61,039 bases of DNA, taken from positions 1-61,039 of the forward strand of contig CALFUW010000034.1 of the NCBI GenBank assembly GCA_937929815.1, read 5' to 3'. Origin of the DNA: an uncultured Flavobacteriales bacterium. Its GTDB lineage: Bacteria > Bacteroidota > Bacteroidia > Flavobacteriales > Schleiferiaceae. The notes beneath the pieces are model-generated. The model had not been told where the DNA came from. It saw only the letters and a list, made by a program, of their open reading frames with translations, and did no database searches. How positions within the stretch are numbered: position 1 is the first letter of the stretch; every line of letters begins with the position of its first letter. Below are positions 8,749 to 17,837 of this stretch, piece after piece. Both the position numbers and the translations under genes were made by a program.

Positions 8749-11039
8749 AGTATTTCAGAGTTTTTACAGGTGGTACAATTAGAATCTTGCTCCTTGTGTC
8801 GGCAGGGCTGCTGGGAAGCTGCTCCACTACCCGATTTGTTCCTGATGATCAAGTCCTACTAAAAAAAAATACCATACGAATCCAAGGCAATGGGGTAGAT
8901 GCCGGCCAATTGGAGCCCATCATCAAACAACAGCCAAACACGCGCCTGCTCTTTTTGCCTGTCTCTCTCTATGTGTACAATTGGGGAGGGATTTTTAAAA
9001 AAATTGGTGAACCTCCTGTCATCTACAACGAATCTGAAGCCTTCCGGACCCGTCAGCAGATGCAGCTTTTTCTGCTCAACATGGGATACTTCTCCGCAGA
9101 AGTCAAAAACGATGTCATCCGCAAGTCAAAGCGGAGAAATAAAGTAGAGGTGATATACAATGTACAATTAAATGAGCCTTTTACCATTTACCAGTTTGAA
9201 ATAAACAATTCCTCTTCTGTCGTAGATTCGATGTTTGCCAATATTGTAGGCATCCCGTCTCTAAAACCCGGCATGAGACTGGATTTCAATGAATTGGATC
9301 GGGAGCGGGAGCGCATTGCCCAGGATTTCCGGAACAACGGATTTTTTGATTTTACCAAAGACCTTATTACGTATGACATTGATACCATCAATGCCCCCCC
9401 AAGGCAAGCCCTTCTGAGAATGAACATTCTGCCAAAGGCAATAAGGGACGGCGATTCCATTCGATTTGTCAGTGTGTATCCATACAAAATTCAATCTGTA
9501 AATATTCATCTGCTTCCCAGAAGAGCTGAACTTCGCACATCACCCCGTGAGATCAATCACATGGGTTATACACTCTTTATGTATCAGGAAGATATCTATC
9601 ATCCTCGAGTATTTACGGATGTGATTGATTTTCAGCCTGGTTCATATTATTCGGAATACAAGGTCAGGGAATCTTTCCGCCACATCAACAATCTGCGACT
9701 CTTTACGGGTACGGAAATTCAATTCAGACCTGTTGATCCTGCAAGCGACCTGCTAATCGCCGACATCCGGTTATCCCCCGAAAGCAGGCAAGGTTTGAGC
9801 TTAAGCACAGAAGGAAGCATCTCATCAGGTCAGCGCGGCATCAGTGGTAGTGTAAGCTGGCTAAACCGAAACACCTTTGGCAAGGGAGAAATTTTTTCAC
9901 TCTCCCTCACGGGACTGCTGGAAGTGCAGCTGTCGCAGGGTCAAACCGGTGGTTTCAATACGCTGGAAATCGGGGCCGAAGCGGCCATTTCCTTTCCCAG
10001 ATTTCTCCTTCCGTTTAACACCGAGGGAATGCTGCCCAAACGCATGGAACCCCGCAGCAAACTCTCTACAGGTATCATTCGGCAGCAGCGTTTTCAGTTT
10101 GACAGGGTGGTGTACCGTGCCGGTCTCAACTATCAATGGCGTGAATCCGCACAAAAAAGTCATCAAATTGACCTTCTGGAACTCAATTATATCCGGCTTT
10201 TTAAAATTGACCCTGATTTTGAACAGAGCGCCATCTTACTCTTTGGTTTCAGGGACAACTTTATCGCAGCCTCCCGCTACACATACACCTTCAATACCCA
10301 AAAACCATCTTTTCAACCAAAAGCCTTCTTTATTAAAGGTATGGTCGAACTTGCCGGCACAGGCATTATGCCCTTAATCGATTACCTGTTTGGCCTTCCG
10401 ACTGATGAATACGATGTCAGTAAACTCTTTGGGGTGGCCTATGCACAGTATGTAAAGCTGGAAGCAGATCTCCGGCGGTATTACTATTTTGACCGAAACA
10501 ACAGTCTGGCCATCCGGCTTTTTGCAGGATATACCCGTCCGTATGGAAATTCGTTTGATACGGCTTACGCTTTCCAGGCACCTTTTGAGAAGAGATACTT
10601 CATCGGAGGAGCCAATGACCTCAGAGCCTTCCGAGCATTTTCGATCGGACCGGGAACAGCTCCGGCCACGCTTCCCATCAATACGGCTCCGATTAAGTTG
10701 CTCACCTCAGTAGAGTATAGATTTACCGTTTACAAGGCTTTTAAATCCGCCTTGTTTATTGATGCGGGAAATATCTTCTATGAAAATCTTCCTATTAAAG
10801 GAACAGAAAAAATGGTCAAGGATTTTTATCCGGAGCAGATTCTCACACCGGAAAATTTTTTGCGGTCTATGGCGCTAGGCACAGGGGTCGGGCTTAGGTA
10901 CGACTTCGATTTCTTCATCATCCGACTTGACATTGGCATCCCCATTCACAACCCTGCCTTTGAGCCAGGCAACCGCTGGATATCTCCTACCACGGTGAAA
11001 TATTGGGTGTTTCAACCTGGTTTGGGGTTCCCGTTTTAA
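8745..11039 (+). CDS. tamL: Omp85/BamA-TamA family lipoprotein (TamL-like translocation and assembly module)
   Basis: Lipobox LLGSC, POTRA-like domains (GYFSAEV, GFFDF), NRNTFGKGE, GGANDLRAF, FIDAGNI, GLRYDFDFFIIRLDIG, terminal GFPF. Confidence 0.85.
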   Translation: MKYFRVFTGGTIRILLLVSAGLLGSCSTTRFVPDDQVLLKKNTIRIQGNGVDAGQLEPIIKQQPNTRLLFLPVSLYVYNWGGIFKKIGEPPVIYNESEAFRTRQQMQLFLLNMGYFSAEVKNDVIRKSKRRNKVEVIYNVQLNEPFTIYQFEINNSSSVVDSMFANIVGIPSLKPGMRLDFNELDRERERIAQDFRNNGFFDFTKDLITYDIDTINAPPRQALLRMNILPKAIRDGDSIRFVSVYPYKIQSVNIHLLPRRAELRTSPREINHMGYTLFMYQEDIYHPRVFTDVIDFQPGSYYSEYKVRESFRHINNLRLFTGTEIQFRPVDPASDLLIADIRLSPESRQGLSLSTEGSISSGQRGISGSVSWLNRNTFGKGEIFSLSLTGLLEVQLSQGQTGGFNTLEIGAEAAISFPRFLLPFNTEGMLPKRMEPRSKLSTGIIRQQRFQFDRVVYRAGLNYQWRESAQKSHQIDLLELNYIRLFKIDPDFEQSAILLFGFRDNFIAASRYTYTFNTQKPSFQPKAFFIKGMVELAGTGIMPLIDYLFGLPTDEYDVSKLFGVAYAQYVKLEADLRRYYYFDRNNSLAIRLFAGYTRPYGNSFDTAYAFQAPFEKRYFIGGANDLRAFRAFSIGPGTAPATLPINTAPIKLLTSVEYRFTVYKAFKSALFIDAGNIFYENLPIKGTEKMVKDFYPEQILTPENFLRSMALGTGVGLRYDFDFFIIRLDIGIPIHNPAFEPGNRWISPTTVKYWVFQPGLGFPF

Positions 11040-11051
11040 TTTCAATTTCAA

Positions 11052-11825
11052 ATGAAAAAATTTTTTCGACTGATCCTCAAGTATATCCCAAGACCATGGC
11101 TCATAAGGGGCAGTTATCTGGCCAAAGATTTACTGGCGGTATTCATGTATGGCAATAGGTATGAAGATCCTATCGACGGCCGTACCTACCGAAGCCTTCT
11201 CCCCTATGGCTATGGTGACCGTCAGCGTCCTAATGTGCTCGCCCCTGCGTCGCTGAGCCTTGAGCGTCACAGGCTGATGTGGATTTATCTGAAAAACCAT
11301 TCCGACTTCTTCTCCGCCCGCCTGAAGGTACTTCATATCGCCCCGGAGCAGTGTTTCTATGGGATTTTTCGCAAGATGAAAAACCTCGATTACGCTACTG
11401 CAGACCTCGAGTCACCTTTGGCGGATATGCACTTTGACTTGCACGATATCCCACTGCCCGATAGCACTTATGACGTCGTATTTTGTAACCACGTCCTAGA
11501 ACATGTAACCGACGATCTGAGGTGTATGAGCGAAATTCTGCGCATCCTCAAACCGGGAGGCTGGGCGATTATGCAGGTGCCTCTGGACACAAACCGGGCC
11601 AGGACCTTTGCCGACCCGACGATCACCGACCGGGGGGAGCGAGAGCGAATTTTTGGTCAATACGACCATGTCCGGGTGTACGGCACGGATTACCCCGATC
11701 GATTAAAACAAGCAGGTTTTTGTGTAGAGTGTTTTGACATAAAAAGCCATCTGCCGGCAGAGATGATCGACCGATACCGAATCCAGCCTTCCGAACTTCT
11801 GTACATCTCCAAAAAGCCTCAATAA
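11052..11825 (+). CDS. Class I SAM-dependent methyltransferase
   Basis: VLHIAPE, YDVVFCNHVLEHV, RILKPGG, FGQYDHVRVYG. Confidence 0.88.
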   Translation: MKKFFRLILKYIPRPWLIRGSYLAKDLLAVFMYGNRYEDPIDGRTYRSLLPYGYGDRQRPNVLAPASLSLERHRLMWIYLKNHSDFFSARLKVLHIAPEQCFYGIFRKMKNLDYATADLESPLADMHFDLHDIPLPDSTYDVVFCNHVLEHVTDDLRCMSEILRILKPGGWAIMQVPLDTNRARTFADPTITDRGERERIFGQYDHVRVYGTDYPDRLKQAGFCVECFDIKSHLPAEMIDRYRIQPSELLYISKKPQ

Positions 11826-11851
11826 TAAAATCTGCAACCATAAAAGTTGAA

Positions 11852-11859
11852 TATTTTTG
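11852..11859 (+). promoter_or_regulatory. Bacteroidota -7 promoter element for the marR-tlpA-aldh unit
   Basis: TATTTTTG upstream of ATG 11895. Confidence 0.45.
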
Positions 11860-11894
11860 CTTCACAAATTGATCTGATATTAGCCTTCCCTTTT

Positions 11895-12347
11895 ATGAAA
11901 TTAGAGGACGAAATCAAACAAAAAATCTTTGCTAATGAATATTCTAAGACGGCAATAAATATTTTGTACACCTACAGTTATATATATGTAAATATTCAAA
12001 GATTTCTGAAGAAATACGGATTGACCCCTGAGCAATATAATGTGCTAAGAATTTTGCGCGGTCAGTACCCCGAGCCCTGCTCTATCAATACCATCCAGGA
12101 GCGCATGCTCAATAAGACCTCCAATGCCTCCCGGCTGGTTGACAAGCTTGTAGCTAAAAATCTGGTAGAACGCCAGCAAAATGCAGCCGACCGGCGGCAT
12201 GTAGATGTCATTATTTCCAAACCCGGATTTCAGCTCCTCGCCAACCTTGACAAACCTATAAGTGAACTTCACAGGCACATCATCAATCTTAGTGAATCCG
12301 AAGCGCGGTTTCTCAATCAATTGCTCGATAAGCTGAGAGGCGGGTAG
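11895..12347 (+). CDS. MarR family transcriptional regulator
   Basis: LTPEQYNVLRILRGQ, SNASRLVDKL, DRRHVDV. ATG 11895 preferred. Confidence 0.9.
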   Translation: MKLEDEIKQKIFANEYSKTAINILYTYSYIYVNIQRFLKKYGLTPEQYNVLRILRGQYPEPCSINTIQERMLNKTSNASRLVDKLVAKNLVERQQNAADRRHVDVIISKPGFQLLANLDKPISELHRHIINLSESEARFLNQLLDKLRGG

Positions 12348-12385
12348 TACTTCGTACATTTATCCCGACTCCGAGCGAATGCATT

Positions 12386-13747
12386 TTGATGAAGAAGACC
12401 CTGATTTCTCTTTACTACCTGCTGCTTCTAAATGCAGCCGCCCAAACGACACAGATCGCAGGATCGATTCGAGGATTTGAGGGCCGGCATATCCTGCTGC
12501 TGGGATACAATGGTGTAGAAGAATTTCCCGTAGACTCGGCCCTGGTGCCATCGCCCGGGATCGATTTTTCCCTGCGCGTGACCCTTCCCTACAGCGGCTT
12601 GTACAAGCTCCTGGTCGAAAAGGGAAATAACCGTCTCCCCGACAAATACATAGACCTCCTGCTCCGGCCGGGCAGCGACGTCCGCTTTACCACAGAGTAT
12701 CCATACATCTCAGACTCGCTGAAAATCACAAAGGGAGACGAACAGAGCTACTTCACACGCTTCACACAGAACTACAATAAAACCCTTTTCAAAATCTATC
12801 TTCTGGAAGACCTGCTCTCAAAATATCCACCGGATGATCCCTTCCACGGAGATATTACTAAAAACAAGAAACGCCTGCTGGCGGACAAGGAGGCGCTGTT
12901 TGCCCGCTTTAGAGATTCCCGATACCCACTGGCCAATCGGTACATTGATATGCTGCGGCAATGGGATATGCGAACGGATTATTTTTCAGATTCTTTTTAC
13001 AAGGGAATTGACGTATCAGACACTCTTTGGATAAGGAATACCCTACTCCACCAAAAGATTGGCCAGTATTACAGCTACCTGATGGGTCAGAAAAAAAACG
13101 AGGACTTTCTGCAAGCCAACAAATTCTTTATTGACGCCATTTTGGATCCGATTCAATCCAATCCGCCTCTTTGGAACAACATTTTTACCTATCTCGTCCA
13201 ATCCTACAAAACCATGAATTATCCCGATGCCCTGGAATATCTAAGCTCTAAGTACCTCACCAGTGAGGTGTGTACTGACCCGTCTCAAAGACGAGCGATC
13301 GACGAAATTCTTCAAAGCCTCCATGCGATCAAAGCAGGCGATGCCCTGCCGCCCGTCGTGTTGAAGAGGAATGATGAGAGTGATTTCACCTTTCCCTCTG
13401 ACCTGAGTGCGAGTCAGGCTGGCCTTCTCATCCTTTGGAGTGGCAGATGCAACCACTGTCGCGAAAGCATGCCCTATTGGAAAGATTTATATCACACCTA
13501 CGGACCAAAAGGCCTTCACATCACCGCCTTACACATCGAGTCTGATATAACCACCTGGAAAGCCTCAGCAGAATCCTTGCCTCCCGAATGGACTCATCTT
13601 CACGACCCCAACGGCTGGAACGGATATGCCAAAACGCTCCATCTGCTCGGCACACCCGGGTATGTCCTCTACGACCGTGATTACAAACTCCTACTGAAAT
13701 CGCACGACCTGACAGAGGTCCGCAATCGACTAAAAAACATGTTTTGA
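12386..13747 (+). CDS. Exported TlpA/AhpC-TSA family thiol-disulfide oxidoreductase with long N-terminal region
   Basis: Signal peptide and C-terminal thioredoxin fold (WSGRCNHC, GTPGYVLYD). Confidence 0.8.
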   Translation: MMKKTLISLYYLLLLNAAAQTTQIAGSIRGFEGRHILLLGYNGVEEFPVDSALVPSPGIDFSLRVTLPYSGLYKLLVEKGNNRLPDKYIDLLLRPGSDVRFTTEYPYISDSLKITKGDEQSYFTRFTQNYNKTLFKIYLLEDLLSKYPPDDPFHGDITKNKKRLLADKEALFARFRDSRYPLANRYIDMLRQWDMRTDYFSDSFYKGIDVSDTLWIRNTLLHQKIGQYYSYLMGQKKNEDFLQANKFFIDAILDPIQSNPPLWNNIFTYLVQSYKTMNYPDALEYLSSKYLTSEVCTDPSQRRAIDEILQSLHAIKAGDALPPVVLKRNDESDFTFPSDLSASQAGLLILWSGRCNHCRESMPYWKDLYHTYGPKGLHITALHIESDITTWKASAESLPPEWTHLHDPNGWNGYAKTLHLLGTPGYVLYDRDYKLLLKSHDLTEVRNRLKNMF

Positions 13748-13749
13748 TT

Positions 13750-15192
13750 ATGGAAAAAATCCAAAATTATATCGGTGGTACACTCCAGCCTCCTGAAAGC
13801 GGACGATATCTCGAAAATATCGAGCCGGCTACTGGTAGGCCGTACTGCCTAATCCCCGACAGCGACAGCCAAGATGTAGAACAGGCTGTCCGTGCGGCTA
13901 AGCAGGCGTTTCCGACCTGGTCAAAAATGCCGGCAGCCGAGCGCAGCCGGATTCTTCTAAACATATCCGCACGTATTGCAGACCACCTCCAAGATCTTGC
14001 GCATGCAGAAAGCCGCGACAATGGAAAACCCCTTAAGCTGGCACAAACAGTAGATATTCCTCGTGCACGGGACAATTTTGCCTTCTTTGCCACAGCTATT
14101 CTTCATACAGCTTCAGACACCCACGATATGGGAGAAACAGGATTTAACTACACCCTTCGCCAACCGGTGGGAGTGGCCGGGTGCATCAGCCCCTGGAATC
14201 TGCCTCTCTATCTCTTCACCTGGAAGGTTGCTCCTGCCCTCGCTGCCGGATGCACAGTGGTGTCCAAGCCCAGCGAAGTGACGCCATACACCGCATATAT
14301 GCTCAGTAAGCTGTGCATAGAGGCAGGTTTACCTGCCGGGGTGCTAAACATTGTGCATGGATACGGTCAAAAGGCCGGAAGAGCCATTGCCGAACATCCT
14401 GAAATAAAGGCGATCTCCTTCACCGGTGGCACAGCTACCGGAAAACAAATTGCTCAGGCAGCTGCACCCTATCTGAAAAAACTCTCCCTTGAGCTGGGCG
14501 GTAAAAATGCTACCATCATTATGGAAGATTGTAACTACTCCAAAGCACTGAGTACTGCAGTGAGAGCATCCTTCAGCAATCAGGGTCAAATCTGCCTGTG
14601 CGGCTCGCGAATCCTCATACAGCGATCAATATATGACAGGTTTAAAGAAGACTTTGTAAAAAAAGTAAAAACCCTTAAAGTAGGCTCACCATACGAGGAA
14701 GACACTCAAATAGGCGCTTTGGTATCAGAACAGCATATGCAAAAAGTCCTCAGCTACATTGAACTTGCTAAGAAAGAAGGCGGAAAAATATCGGCAGGAG
14801 GAAAACCCGCAGATATGCCTTACCCATTTGACAAAGGATACTATCTTGAACCAACTGTCATTGACGGACTTCCACAAAACTGTCGCACAAACACCGAAGA
14901 AATTTTCGGCCCCGTGGTGACGCTGCAGCCTTTTGACACCATGGATGAGGCTGTTCAGCTGGCCAACGCTACTGAATATGGGCTGGCTTGCAGTATTTTT
15001 ACTACCAATCTAAATTCGGCCCACCAGATGGCAAAAGCAATCGATGCAGGGATAATTTGGATCAATACCTGGCTGCTCCGCGACCTGAGAACCCCCTTCG
15101 GAGGCATGAAATCAAGCGGGCTGGGACGGGAGGGTGGTCGCTACGCCCTCGAATTCTTTACGGAACCTAAAAACATATGCGTAGCCATTTGA
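13750..15192 (+). CDS. Aldehyde dehydrogenase, 2-aminomuconate/2-hydroxymuconate semialdehyde dehydrogenase (ALDH8-like)
   Basis: ISPWNLPLYL, SFTGGT, LELGGKN, NQGQICLCGSR, EEIFGPV, WLLRDLRTPFGG (ALDH8/HMSADH signature). Confidence 0.88.
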   Translation: MEKIQNYIGGTLQPPESGRYLENIEPATGRPYCLIPDSDSQDVEQAVRAAKQAFPTWSKMPAAERSRILLNISARIADHLQDLAHAESRDNGKPLKLAQTVDIPRARDNFAFFATAILHTASDTHDMGETGFNYTLRQPVGVAGCISPWNLPLYLFTWKVAPALAAGCTVVSKPSEVTPYTAYMLSKLCIEAGLPAGVLNIVHGYGQKAGRAIAEHPEIKAISFTGGTATGKQIAQAAAPYLKKLSLELGGKNATIIMEDCNYSKALSTAVRASFSNQGQICLCGSRILIQRSIYDRFKEDFVKKVKTLKVGSPYEEDTQIGALVSEQHMQKVLSYIELAKKEGGKISAGGKPADMPYPFDKGYYLEPTVIDGLPQNCRTNTEEIFGPVVTLQPFDTMDEAVQLANATEYGLACSIFTTNLNSAHQMAKAIDAGIIWINTWLLRDLRTPFGGMKSSGLGREGGRYALEFFTEPKNICVAI

Positions 15193-15249
15193 AGGTCATA
15201 TTTCATTCAGAAATTCGTTCAATAAATTTGTTGATTAATTTATAAAACC

Positions 15250-16143
15250 GTGGATAAACTTAATCTGAAACCCATAGACGTCATTTACGACATAAGTCTT
15301 GAAGAGTTTCATGAAAAATACCTTTTGACAGGAAAACCCGTAATCCTTAAAAATTATACCAAAAACTGGAAAGCCATAGATCGTTGGAATTATTCCTATC
15401 TCAGAGAAAAAGCCGGTAACATAAAGGTAAAACTATACGGCAAGTGGTTGGAAAACAATCCCACAGCCATCGAGATGCCCCCGGTCAAAGAAGTTCTTTT
15501 TGGGGAATATCTTGATATGCTGGAGCAAGGGGTACAAAGCGATCTGAGAATTTTTTTGTTCAACATATTTAAGCACGTGCCCGAGCTACTTGAGGATTTT
15601 GAGTTTACTCCCGTCACTACCAACTATCTGAAGGATTTTCCATACATGTTTTTTGGATGCACCGGATCAGATGTACGGTTGCACTACGACATTGATCTCT
15701 CTAATGTATTTATCACCCAGTTTTGTGGGACAAAGCGGATTGTACTTTTTGAACAAAGTCAGTCAAAATATCTGTACAAACTGCCCTTTACTACGCATAG
15801 CGCTGCAGATCTGATGAATGTAGACTTCAACAAATATCCGGCGCTCAAATATGCTGAAGGCTACGAATGTGTCATCAATCACGGGGATACACTTTTTATG
15901 CCCGGAGGTATCTGGCATTACATTCAGTATGTGGACGGTAGCTTTTCGCTCAGTCTCCGATCCCTGTCTCCCACAATACCCGGGAAAATACAGGGAGCAT
16001 ACAATGTTTTTGTGATTCGGAAATTAGACGAACTGCTCAACAAATACTATAAAAATTCGTGGAGCGATTTTAAGCTGAAGCGCGCCATTCAAAAAGCCAA
16101 TGAAATCGTTCGCGAAACCGAGCGCGAGCGAAAACAAATCTAA
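15250..16143 (+). CDS. Cupin_8/JmjC-type Fe(II)/2-oxoglutarate oxygenase
   Basis: KPVIL, AIDRWNYSYL, LHYD...GTKRI...GDTLFMPGGIWHY (HxD...H triad). Confidence 0.85.
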   Translation: MDKLNLKPIDVIYDISLEEFHEKYLLTGKPVILKNYTKNWKAIDRWNYSYLREKAGNIKVKLYGKWLENNPTAIEMPPVKEVLFGEYLDMLEQGVQSDLRIFLFNIFKHVPELLEDFEFTPVTTNYLKDFPYMFFGCTGSDVRLHYDIDLSNVFITQFCGTKRIVLFEQSQSKYLYKLPFTTHSAADLMNVDFNKYPALKYAEGYECVINHGDTLFMPGGIWHYIQYVDGSFSLSLRSLSPTIPGKIQGAYNVFVIRKLDELLNKYYKNSWSDFKLKRAIQKANEIVRETERERKQI

Positions 16144-16239
16144 AAATTTGGTATCATCTGAATCCCACAAATCAATTAAGATTTATTAAATTCTATTCTT
16201 CAAGTTTTATAAAAAATTTGGATTTAGAAAAGCAAACCT

Positions 16240-16251
16240 TATGCATGCATA
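16240..16251. promoter_or_regulatory. Perfect 12-bp palindrome, probable MarR operator
   Basis: TATGCATGCATA, about 85 nt upstream of the marR gene at 16337. Confidence 0.55.
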
Positions 16252-16336
16252 TCATTTTGTATATATTTTTGATTATCCTACATCTACTGTATTTGTGTTT
16301 ATAAAGAGGAATTAGCCATTAACGCAACAATGATCA

Positions 16337-16795
16337 ATGAAACCTGAAGAAACCATCGACTTTCAGATAAAGTTTGCCTGGCAGTACATCAGCAGATTTT
16401 ATAATGAAATTGCAGCAAAATACAACAGCACATGGGCTAGCGGGAATGTGCTTCTCAATATTGATCTTCAAGAAGGCACACCAGCTACTGCTTTAGGCCC
16501 GAAGATGGGAATGGAAGCCACAAGCCTCAGCCGTATATTGAAAAATCTTGAAACAAAAGGCCTTATCACACGAGAACCACATCCCACGGACCGACGGGTG
16601 GTAATCATTAAACTGACAGCAGAGGGTATTGAAAAAAGGGACGAAGCCCGACAAGCTGTCAGAGCATTTAACCATCACATAATGAACAAACTCACTCCTG
16701 AGCAACTATCATCCTTTTTTGAAGTGATCAAAACCATTGTTCGTGAAATTGAAAGCAAAAACATAAAGATATATGCCGGAAAGGTCAATTCATGA
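16337..16795 (+). CDS. MarR family transcriptional regulator
   Basis: MGMEATSLSRILKNLETKGLI, DRRVVIIKLT. Confidence 0.92.
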   Translation: MKPEETIDFQIKFAWQYISRFYNEIAAKYNSTWASGNVLLNIDLQEGTPATALGPKMGMEATSLSRILKNLETKGLITREPHPTDRRVVIIKLTAEGIEKRDEARQAVRAFNHHIMNKLTPEQLSSFFEVIKTIVREIESKNIKIYAGKVNS

Positions 16796-17837
16796 CTCAG
16801 CAATTCTCAGCGCATCCGAGGGGTATTCATCATTAAAAAAAAGCATAGAATCAGGTATATATAGCGAAGTCTTTCTGCTTATGGATTCGAATACACTGGA
16901 ATTTTGCAGAGACGATTTTTTTTACAAACTCAATTCGGAATATTCGATACAAGAGATTGAAGTAGAACCCGGCGAACCATGTAAAGACATCGAAGTAGTA
17001 AAACAATTATGGAGCGAATTGGCTGAAAATAATGCTGACCGCCATTCACTTCTTATCAATCTCGGCGGAGGCAGCGTGTGCGACCTTGGGGGTTTTGTCG
17101 CCTCTACATATATGAGAGGAATTCCCTACATCAATATTCCAAGTACTCTACTCGCCATGATAGATGCGGCATACGGAGGTAAAACAGCCATCGATTTCTT
17201 GGGCATCAAAAATCTCATAGGCACCTTCTATTACCCCGAACTTATCGTGCTTGACCCGGATTATACAGCTACTCAGGATGAAAGGCATTTTGTAGGTGCA
17301 TTTGGCGAAATTTTTAAATATGGTTTGGCTTTAAATAGTGATCTTTGGCAAGATATCAAAGACAAATTTCCCGGCGCTATCGATCAAAACCTTGAATACT
17401 GGGTCGAACTGTGTCTTCAAATCAAAAAATCCGTTGTATCAAAAGATCCTTTTGACAAAGGACTTCGCAGTGTCTTAAATGCCGGACATACAATAGGTCA
17501 TGCCTTAGAATCTTTTCACTTTGACAAGCAGGACGAACTTTATCACGGGGAGGCCATTGCATGGGGATTGGTGGCCGAGTTATTCATTGCACACCGACTT
17601 AAAGGTTTTGACTTTGAAGAGTTGGAGGCCTATAAAAAAATGGTACAAAAGCACATTCAACGACCTTCCGTCAGCATTGGAGACACCGAAATTTTGTTTG
17701 ATTACATTGTTTTAGACAAAAAATCAATTAATACCAGGATTTACATGCCAATCATCGAATCTCCGGGATCATGTATTCCCAGATATGAAATAGCTCCTGA
17801 ACTTATTTCAGAAGCTTTAATCTATATGCTCTCCTGA
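16773..17837 (+). CDS. aroB: 3-dehydroquinate synthase
   Basis: NLGGGSVCDLGGF, PSTLLAMIDAAYGGKT, KNLIGTF, LNAGHTIGHALE, HGEAIA. Confidence 0.93.
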   Translation: MPERSIHDSAILSASEGYSSLKKSIESGIYSEVFLLMDSNTLEFCRDDFFYKLNSEYSIQEIEVEPGEPCKDIEVVKQLWSELAENNADRHSLLINLGGGSVCDLGGFVASTYMRGIPYINIPSTLLAMIDAAYGGKTAIDFLGIKNLIGTFYYPELIVLDPDYTATQDERHFVGAFGEIFKYGLALNSDLWQDIKDKFPGAIDQNLEYWVELCLQIKKSVVSKDPFDKGLRSVLNAGHTIGHALESFHFDKQDELYHGEAIAWGLVAELFIAHRLKGFDFEELEAYKKMVQKHIQRPSVSIGDTEILFDYIVLDKKSINTRIYMPIIESPGSCIPRYEIAPELISEALIYMLS

